NCBI GenBank assembly: GCA_041611735.1
Contig: JBFIML010000006.1
Coordinates: 59,936 to 123,935, forward strand
Length of the DNA stretch: 64,000 nucleotides
Origin: Myxococcota bacterium
Lineage (GTDB): Bacteria; Myxococcota_A; UBA9160; PR03
Direction: 5' to 3'
The translations under genes were made by a program, and so were the position numbers. The notes under the pieces are model-generated. The model searched no databases, was not told the origin of the DNA, and saw nothing but the letters and a program-made list of their open reading frames with translations. How positions within the stretch are numbered: the first letter of the stretch is position 1; the number at the start of each line of letters is the position of its first letter. Below are positions 56,741 to 64,000 of this stretch, in pieces.

Positions 56741-57924
56741 CGGCTCCGTGCGTGCTCCAGGTGGTCGGGTCCCTGGCCGTGGGAGGCGCCGAGCGGGTAG
56801 CTCTCGAGCTCGCCGCGGGCCTCGCCGCCCGCGGCTGGCGCAGCGCCCTGGGGGTGGTCGGGACCGGGGATGCGCCCTGCCCGGCAGAGCCGCTGGCGGC
56901 CGAGGCGGAGCGGCGTGGCGTCCCCGTGCATCGCCTGGCCTTCGCCGGCCTGCGCGCCGGCATCGAGCGCGCCCGCCTGCTCCGCTTCCTGCACCAGGGC
57001 TGGGATCTCGTGCACGTGCACAACCGTCCGTGCGACTGGCAGCTCGCGCTGTGGGGACGCCGCGCCGGGGTCCCGGTGCTCTACACGCGCCACCTGGTGT
57101 ACGCGGACCAGTCGCGGCGCCAGCGGGCGCTCTACTTCGCCGCCGCCCGGGTGGCGCCGGCCGTGGTGGCGGTGACGGACGCCGTGGCCGAGCATCTGCG
57201 CGCCGCCGAGCGCACGCCGCGCCGCCGCATCCATGCCATCCCAGACGGCATCGACGTGGCGCACTACCGGCCGCCGACGCCCGCCGGGCGCGCGCGAGCC
57301 CGGGCCGCCCTGGGCCTTGCCGCACGGGACTTCGTCTGGCTGTGCGCAGCCCGCCTGGTGCTTCAGAAGGGGCATCCGGACCTGCTGCGCGCCCTGGGTC
57401 GCCTGCCGGCGACGTCACGCGCCCGGCTGCTCCTGGCCGGCGACGGTCCGGAGGCCGAGTCCCTGGGCCGCCTGGCGCGGCGACTCGGCCTGGGGCCGCG
57501 GGTGCGCTTCCTCGGCGTGCGCGAGGACGTGCGCGAGCTCCTGTGGGCCTGTGACGGCTACGTCTGCGCGTCCCTGGCCGAGGGCCAGGGCCTCTCCCTG
57601 CTCGAAGCCTGGGCCACGGGCCGCCCGGTGGTGGCGCCGCGCCTGGCCTGCGTGGAGGAGATCGCGCCGCGGGAGGGCGTGCGCTTCTTCGGCCCCCGCC
57701 ATCGAAGCTGGGCGCCGGGCCACGATCCCGAGGCGCTGGCGGCGGCGCTCGGGTCCCTGGAGCGGACCGACGCCGGCGACCTTGCCGCCGCACGCCGGCA
57801 CGTGGTGGCCCGCTACTCGGTCGGGCGCATGCTGACGCAGCACGAGCGGCTCTACGCGCGGGTCCTCGCGCGCAGGCGGCCGCGCGTCCAGGCCGCTCAC
57901 AGGGCGTCGAGCATCTCGAAGTAG
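56737..57924 (+). CDS. glycosyltransferase family 4 (GT-B)
   Basis: LAVGGAER, IPDGID, ARLVLQKGH, FLGVREDV, SLAEGQGLSLLEAW (E-x7-E). Confidence 0.88.
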   Translation: MTAPCVLQVVGSLAVGGAERVALELAAGLAARGWRSALGVVGTGDAPCPAEPLAAEAERRGVPVHRLAFAGLRAGIERARLLRFLHQGWDLVHVHNRPCDWQLALWGRRAGVPVLYTRHLVYADQSRRQRALYFAAARVAPAVVAVTDAVAEHLRAAERTPRRRIHAIPDGIDVAHYRPPTPAGRARARAALGLAARDFVWLCAARLVLQKGHPDLLRALGRLPATSRARLLLAGDGPEAESLGRLARRLGLGPRVRFLGVREDVRELLWACDGYVCASLAEGQGLSLLEAWATGRPVVAPRLACVEEIAPREGVRFFGPRHRSWAPGHDPEALAAALGSLERTDAGDLAAARRHVVARYSVGRMLTQHERLYARVLARRRPRVQAAHRASSISK

Positions 57925-59177
57925 TCGGGCCAGGTCTTGGCCACGCAGCCCGGGTCGCGGACCACGACGCCCGGGATGCGCAGCCCCGCCAGGGCGAAGG
58001 CCATGGCCATGCGGTGGTCGTCGTAGGTGTCGATCTCGGCGCCGTGCAGGGGGCCGGGCTCGATCTCGAGCCAGTCCGGCCCCGTCCGGGCCGCGGCGCC
58101 GAGCTTGCGCAGCTCGCGCTCCAGGGCCGCCAGCCGGTCGGTCTCCTTGATGCGCAGGTTCGCCACGTTGCGGATGCGCGTGCGGCCCCGGGCGAAGAGC
58201 GCCACGACCGCCAGGGCCAGCACCGCGTCCGGCATGGCGTTCATGTCCACGTCCACCGGCTGCAGCGGCCCCTGCGGTCCGTGCACCTCCGCGAAGTCCG
58301 GGCCCCGCGCCACCCGGCAGCCCATGCGGGCGAGCACCTCGAGGAGCCCGAGGTCCGCCTGGCGGGAGGCGGCCGAAATGCCCTCCACGCGCACCCGCCC
58401 GCCCGCCACCGCCGCGGCGGCGAAGGGGTAGGCGGCGGCAGAGGCGTCGGGCTCCACCCGGTAGGCCCGGGCCCGGTAAACACGCCCCGCCGTCACGTGA
58501 AGCGTCGCGGCGTCGCGCCAGCCCGCCTCGGCGCCGAAGGCCGCCATCACCTGGAGCGTGAGCTCCACGTAGGGCCGCGAGACCAGGATGCCGTCCTTCA
58601 AGGCGAGGCTGACGTCGCGACGCGCGTAGGGCGCCGCCAGCAGCACCGCCGACACGAACTGGCTCGAGCGGCTGGCATCGAGGGCGGCCCCGCCACCCGC
58701 AAGGCCGCCGCCCGCCACGCGCACCGGCGGGCAGCCGCCGTGGCCCAGCAGCTCCACTTGCGCGCCGAGCTCCCGCAGGCAGCGCACGAGATCGTCGATG
58801 GGGCGCTCGCGCATGCGCGGGGCACCGTCGATCACGACCGGGCCGGGCGCCAGGCTGGCCACGGCGGTGAGGAAGCGCGCCGTGGTGCCCGATGCCCGGG
58901 CGTCGAGCGGCCGAGCCGGGGCGGCGAGGCGGCCGCCGGTCCCCGTCACGGTCCAGGCGGTCGCCTGCCGAGCGACCCAGGCGCCGAGGGCGACGACGCC
59001 TTCGCACATGGCGTCCGTGTCCTCGCTCTCGAGCGCCCCCTCGAGCCGGCTCGTACCCGCCGCAAGCGCCGCGGTCACCAGGGCCCGATTGGTGACGCTC
59101 TTCGAGCCGGGCACGCGCAGGGTCGCGTCGAGGGCCCCGCGCGGCCGGATCGGGAGGCGCGGCGGCAGCGCCGCCAA
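57897..59177 (-). CDS. aroA: 3-phosphoshikimate 1-carboxyvinyltransferase (EPSP synthase)
   Basis: PGSKSVTNRAL, RMRERP, SSQFVSA, VEPDASAA, LRIKETDRL, TYDDHRMAM, KTWPDYF. Confidence 0.95.
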   Translation of the reverse strand: MAALPPRLPIRPRGALDATLRVPGSKSVTNRALVTAALAAGTSRLEGALESEDTDAMCEGVVALGAWVARQATAWTVTGTGGRLAAPARPLDARASGTTARFLTAVASLAPGPVVIDGAPRMRERPIDDLVRCLRELGAQVELLGHGGCPPVRVAGGGLAGGGAALDASRSSQFVSAVLLAAPYARRDVSLALKDGILVSRPYVELTLQVMAAFGAEAGWRDAATLHVTAGRVYRARAYRVEPDASAAAYPFAAAAVAGGRVRVEGISAASRQADLGLLEVLARMGCRVARGPDFAEVHGPQGPLQPVDVDMNAMPDAVLALAVVALFARGRTRIRNVANLRIKETDRLAALERELRKLGAAARTGPDWLEIEPGPLHGAEIDTYDDHRMAMAFALAGLRIPGVVVRDPGCVAKTWPDYFEMLDAL

Positions 59178-59180
59178 CGG

Positions 59181-59270
59181 CTAGCGCCTCTTCCACGTCG
59201 GATCGCGCTCCTCGAGGAACGCCATCACGCCCTCGATGGCGTCCTCGGAGGAGAGCTTCCCGGTCCGCAT
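59181..59270 (-). pseudogene. C-terminal remnant of an enoyl-CoA hydratase/crotonase gene
   Basis: SEDAIEGVMAFLEERDPTWKRR* matches the crotonase C-terminal signature; no room upstream for the rest of the gene. Confidence 0.6.
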
Positions 59271-59323
59271 GCGCTGCAGCTCCTTGCCAGACGTGGGCGA
59301 AGCTAGCGGAGGGGAGGGCGGCG

Positions 59324-59352
59324 TTGACACCCCCACGGGAGTCGGTCACAAT
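59324..59352 (+). promoter_or_regulatory. sigma-70 promoter for the aminotransferase-serA-purA operon
   Basis: TTGACA (59324-59329)-N17-CACAAT (59347-59352). Confidence 0.65.
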
Positions 59353-59436
59353 TTCGGTTCGGGTCGCCTTTCCGCAGCGATCACCGGGAGTTGCGGCCCG
59401 CGGGCCCGCGCGGGGCCTCCCTACAAGGGCCACCCC

Positions 59437-60579
59437 ATGCTGAAGCGTCGTCTGTTCACGCCGGGGCCGGTCCCGGTCCCCGACCGGGTGCGTCTGGCGA
59501 TGGCGCAGCCCATCGTCCATCACCGGGCGGCCGACTTCCGTCCGATCTTCGAGACCTGCCGGCGCGGACTCCAGCGCGTGTTCCAGACCGAGCAGCCCGT
59601 GCTGGTGTTCGCCTCCACGGGCACCGGCGCCATGGAGGCGGCGGTCGCGAACTTCCTCTCCGCCGGCGATCGGGCCCTGGTGGTGCGGGGCGGGAAGTTC
59701 GGCGAGCGCTGGGCCGAGATCTGCCAGGCCTTCGGGGTCGAGACCACCTGCATCGACGTGGAGTGGGGCCAGGCGGTGGACCCGGCGCGGGTCCAGGCGG
59801 CGCTGCGCGCCCAGCCCGACGTGAAGGCGGTGTTCGTGCAGGCCTCGGAGACCAGCACCGCCGTGCGCCATCCGGTGCGGGAGCTGGCGGAGATCGTGCA
59901 CCGCGACGGCGAACGCCTGATCGTGGTGGACGGCATCACCGCCGTGGGCGTCTACGACCTCCCCATGGACGCCTGGGGGCTCGACGTGGTGGTCTCGGGC
60001 TCCCAGAAGGCCTTCATGCTGCCGCCGGGCCTGGCCTTCCTGGCCCTCTCGGAGCGTGCCCAGCGCTTCCGCAAGCAGGCCTGCCAGCGGCGCTTCTACT
60101 TCGACCTGGACGCCGAGATCAAGATGCAGGCGGACAACCAGACCGCCTGGACGCCGGCGGTATCGCTGCTGGTGGGCCTGGCCGAGGCGCTGCGCATCCT
60201 GCTCGACGAGGAGGGGCTCGAGGCCACCTGGCGGCGCACCGAGGCCCTGGCCCACGCCACCCGCGAGGCCATGCGCGCCATGGGTCTCGAGCTGCTGGCG
60301 CCCGACGCGCCGAGCCCTGCCTGCACGGCGGTGCGGGTGCCGGCGGGCATCGACGGCCCCGCCCTGCGCAAGCACCTGCGCGACGCGCTCGGGCTCCACG
60401 TGGCCGACGGCCAGGGCAAGCTCAAGGGCAAGATCTTCCGCATCGCGCACCTCGGCTACTACGATCGCTTCGACGCCGTGACGGCCGTCGCCGCCGTGGA
60501 GATGGCGCTCGCCGCCCTCGGCTGGACCGGGAAGTTCGGCGAGGGCGTCCGCACCGCCACCGAGCTGCTGCGCGACTGA
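59437..60579 (+). CDS. class V PLP aminotransferase (alanine-glyoxylate family; probable phosphoserine aminotransferase role)
   Basis: LFTPGPVPVP, STGTGAMEAAV, ETST, VDGIT, SGSQKAFMLPPGL, FRIAHLG; directly upstream of serA. Confidence 0.9.
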   Translation: MLKRRLFTPGPVPVPDRVRLAMAQPIVHHRAADFRPIFETCRRGLQRVFQTEQPVLVFASTGTGAMEAAVANFLSAGDRALVVRGGKFGERWAEICQAFGVETTCIDVEWGQAVDPARVQAALRAQPDVKAVFVQASETSTAVRHPVRELAEIVHRDGERLIVVDGITAVGVYDLPMDAWGLDVVVSGSQKAFMLPPGLAFLALSERAQRFRKQACQRRFYFDLDAEIKMQADNQTAWTPAVSLLVGLAEALRILLDEEGLEATWRRTEALAHATREAMRAMGLELLAPDAPSPACTAVRVPAGIDGPALRKHLRDALGLHVADGQGKLKGKIFRIAHLGYYDRFDAVTAVAAVEMALAALGWTGKFGEGVRTATELLRD

Positions 60580-60595
60580 CGGCGAGGAGGGCGGC

Positions 60596-62176
60596 GTGGC
60601 GAAGGTCCTGATCAGCGACCCCCTCGCGCCCCAGGGGATCGAGATCCTGGAGCGGGCGCGGGGCATCCAGGTGGACCAGGCGCCGGGGCTCTCGCCCGCG
60701 GAGCTGTGCCGGCGCATCGCCGATGCGGACGGCCTCGTCATCCGCAGCGGCACCCAGGTGACCCGCGAAGTGCTGGCGGCGGCCAAGCAGCTGCGCGTGA
60801 TCGGCCGGGCCGGCATCGGCGTCGACAACGTGGACCTGGCCGAGGCCACCGCCCGCGGCATCGTGGTGGTGAACACGCCCGAGGGCAACAACGTCACCAC
60901 CGCCGAGCACTCCATCGCCCTGCTGGTGGCGCTGGCACGCCACATCCCCCAGGCCACCGCCTCCATGAAGGCCGGCAAGTGGGACAAGAATCGCTTCGTC
61001 GGCACCGAACTCTACAGCCGCACGCTCGGCGTCATCGGGCTCGGCAACATCGGTCGCATCGTGGCGCAGCGGGCCCAGGGGCTCGGCATGCGCGTGATCG
61101 CCTACGACCCCCACATCGCCCAGGAGGTGGCGGGCAAGCTCGACGTGGAGCTGGTGTCCTTCGACGCGCTGCTGGCCCGCGCGGACGCGATCACCGTCCA
61201 CGTGCCCAAGACCAAGGAGACCGCCCGGCTGCTCGGTGCGGCCGCCTTCGCCAAGACGAAGTCGGGCGTGCTGCTGGTGAACGCGTCGCGCGGCGGCATC
61301 GTGGACGAGGCGGCGCTGCTCGAGGCGCTGGAGGCGGGTCGGGTGGCCGGCGCGGCGCTCGACGTCTTCGAGAAGGAGCCGCCCCCGGCCGACCACCCGC
61401 TGCTGCACCACGAGCGCGTGATATGCACCCCGCATCTCGGCGCCTCCACGGAGCAGGCCCAGGTGAACGTGGCGATCGCCGTGGCCGAGCAGGTGCGCGA
61501 CTACCTGCTGGAGGGGCTGATCCGAAACGGGGTGAACGTGCCCTCGGTCTCGGCGGAGATCCTGGAGCAGGTGCGGCCGTACCTCGTCCTGGGCGAGAAG
61601 CTCGGCCGCTTCCAGGGCCAGCTCTGCCCGGGCGCCATCGAGGAGATCGAGATCGAGTACGCGGGCGAGGTCGCCGCGCTCCGGCTGGCCCCCATCACCA
61701 TCGCCGTCCTGAAGGGGCTGCTCGAGACCGTGACCGACCGGGTCAACATGGTGAACGCGCCGGTGATCGCCCAGGAGCGCGGCATCAAGGTGGTGGAGTC
61801 CAAGGCCAGCCGGGCCCAGGACTTCGCGAGCACCATCACCACCCGGGTGCGGGGCTGCGTGGACCGCCTCATCGCCGGGGCGCTCTTCCACGGCGGCCAG
61901 CCGCGCATCGTGCGCCTGGACGACTTCATGCTGGAGGCGGTGCCCGACGGGCCCGCCCTGGTGATTCACAACAACGACCAGCCCGGGGTGGTGGGCGCCG
62001 TGGGCACCGTGCTGGGCGAATCCGGCATCAACATCTCCCGCATGCAGCTCGGCCTGCTGCGGGAGCGGGCCGAGGCGGCCATGCTGGTGAACGTGGACCA
62101 GCGCCCCGACGAGGCGGTGATGGAGCGACTGCGCGCGCTCCCGCACGTGATCTCCGCCCAGCTCGTCGAGCTCTGA
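60596..62176 (+). CDS. serA: D-3-phosphoglycerate dehydrogenase (long form with ACT domain)
   Basis: GRAGIGVDNVD, GLGNIG, NASRGG, LDVFEKEP, TPHLGASTEQAQ, NDQPGVVG..INI. Confidence 0.95.
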   Translation: MAKVLISDPLAPQGIEILERARGIQVDQAPGLSPAELCRRIADADGLVIRSGTQVTREVLAAAKQLRVIGRAGIGVDNVDLAEATARGIVVVNTPEGNNVTTAEHSIALLVALARHIPQATASMKAGKWDKNRFVGTELYSRTLGVIGLGNIGRIVAQRAQGLGMRVIAYDPHIAQEVAGKLDVELVSFDALLARADAITVHVPKTKETARLLGAAAFAKTKSGVLLVNASRGGIVDEAALLEALEAGRVAGAALDVFEKEPPPADHPLLHHERVICTPHLGASTEQAQVNVAIAVAEQVRDYLLEGLIRNGVNVPSVSAEILEQVRPYLVLGEKLGRFQGQLCPGAIEEIEIEYAGEVAALRLAPITIAVLKGLLETVTDRVNMVNAPVIAQERGIKVVESKASRAQDFASTITTRVRGCVDRLIAGALFHGGQPRIVRLDDFMLEAVPDGPALVIHNNDQPGVVGAVGTVLGESGINISRMQLGLLRERAEAAMLVNVDQRPDEAVMERLRALPHVISAQLVEL

Positions 62177-62178
62177 GC

Positions 62179-63474
<1,296 letters not shown>

Positions 63475-63550
63475 TCGCGCTCTCTGGAGTCTGCGCTGAG
63501 GATTGGGAAACCACCCCGGATCCCGTCCCAGGACGGCCCTATCAGGAAAG

Positions 63551-63566
63551 TGTGATCTAGATCACG
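63551..63566. promoter_or_regulatory. CRP/FNR-family binding site
   Basis: TGTGA-TCTAGA-TCACG, one mismatch to the ideal CRP core TGTGATCTAGATCACA. Confidence 0.65.
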
Positions 63567-63657
63567 GAATCGGCTATGCGTTCCGGGGTCTGCTAAACGC
63601 GACCTGCGTCGCGACTCCTCCCCAAGCCCAGTCGTGGCGGGTCAGGGGGTGCCCACC

Positions 63658-63831
63658 ATGACGTGGCCGGTTCTCGTGTTCGCGTTGACCGCCGTCTTCG
63701 CGCTCGGGTTTCATCTCGGGCAGAAGCTGGCGGTTGTGGAAGCGGACTCGCCCGGTCTCCGGAACGGAGACGAGCTGAGTGGCGAGCCGGCGCTTTTGAT
63801 GCGCCCGGAGAGCGCGCGCCGCAGCTTCTGA
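63658..63831 (+). CDS. small single-TM hypothetical protein (57 aa)
   Basis: MTWPVLVFALTAVFALGFHLG hydrophobic N-terminus; downstream of the CRP-like site. Confidence 0.45.
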   Translation: MTWPVLVFALTAVFALGFHLGQKLAVVEADSPGLRNGDELSGEPALLMRPESARRSF

Positions 63832-63926
63832 GCCGGAGGGCGGCTCACCGCGGCCGAGCCGCCCGCACGGCCGATCCGACACGCCCGCGCTCGACAGCGC
63901 GCCGGGGCGACGGTACCCGTGCACAC

Positions 63927-64000
63927 GGGCCGCTAGCTCAACTGGTAGAGCAGCGGGCTTTTAACCCGTTGGTTCCGGGTTCGAGTCCCGGGCGGCCCAC
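63927..64000 (+). tRNA. tRNA-Lys (UUU); 3' CCA cut by window edge
   Basis: Acceptor GGGCCGC/GCGGCCC, D arm GCTC/GAGC, anticodon arm GCGGG-CT TTT AA-CCCGT, T arm CCGGG-TTCGAGT-CCCGG. Confidence 0.97.

Noticed and set aside
63927-64000. tRNA-Lys as integration site of an island in this window
   Set aside because: No duplicate 3' end or integrase seen; any island would lie beyond the window edge

Overview
High-GC (visually >70%) Gram-negative bacterial chromosome segment. Gene content (PEP-CTERM, MshEN, TamAB, loop-less tRNA nucleotidyltransferase) suggests Myxococcota/deltaproteobacteria, which is an inference. It holds about 55 densely packed genes and ends in tRNA-Lys(UUU). I saw no IS, integrase, prophage or CRISPR. 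Blocks in order: GH32-like hydrolase and pcm; rimK(RCK_C fusion)-M14 deacylase-rimB-like protease; tamAB; moxR-DUF58-transglutaminase; a light-response island (dusB, DUF393, sigma-70 factor, SRPBCC, acyltransferase, MFS, SDR, CarH/LitR B12 photoreceptor, photolyase, DUF523-DUF1722); CYP142-like P450; PEP-CTERM/TPR-beta-barrel/FecR operon; lipid, metal and detox genes; a c-di-GMP module (MshEN, sigma-54 activator, REC-PAS-GGDEF-EAL); a TonB/ExbB/ExbD motor with a 42-repeat exported protein; GldAFG-like ABC transporter; murJ-GT4; aroA; aminotransferase-serA-purA. Best leads: (1) the same TGTCnA-N9-TAGACA operator and an identical 14-mer sit at the carH/photolyase promoter and 6.8 kb away at a sigma-70 gene, implying a B12-light to group-2 sigma cascade that may also remodel tRNA uridine modifications; (2) an orphan Ton/Tol motor linked to a ~1090-aa protein built of ~42 DxDGDGRxD beta-hairpin repeats; (3) an exact KstR-type operator in front of a CYP142-like P450 in a Gram-negative genome. 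Start codons were chosen by eye and family calls come from motif recognition, not database searches.
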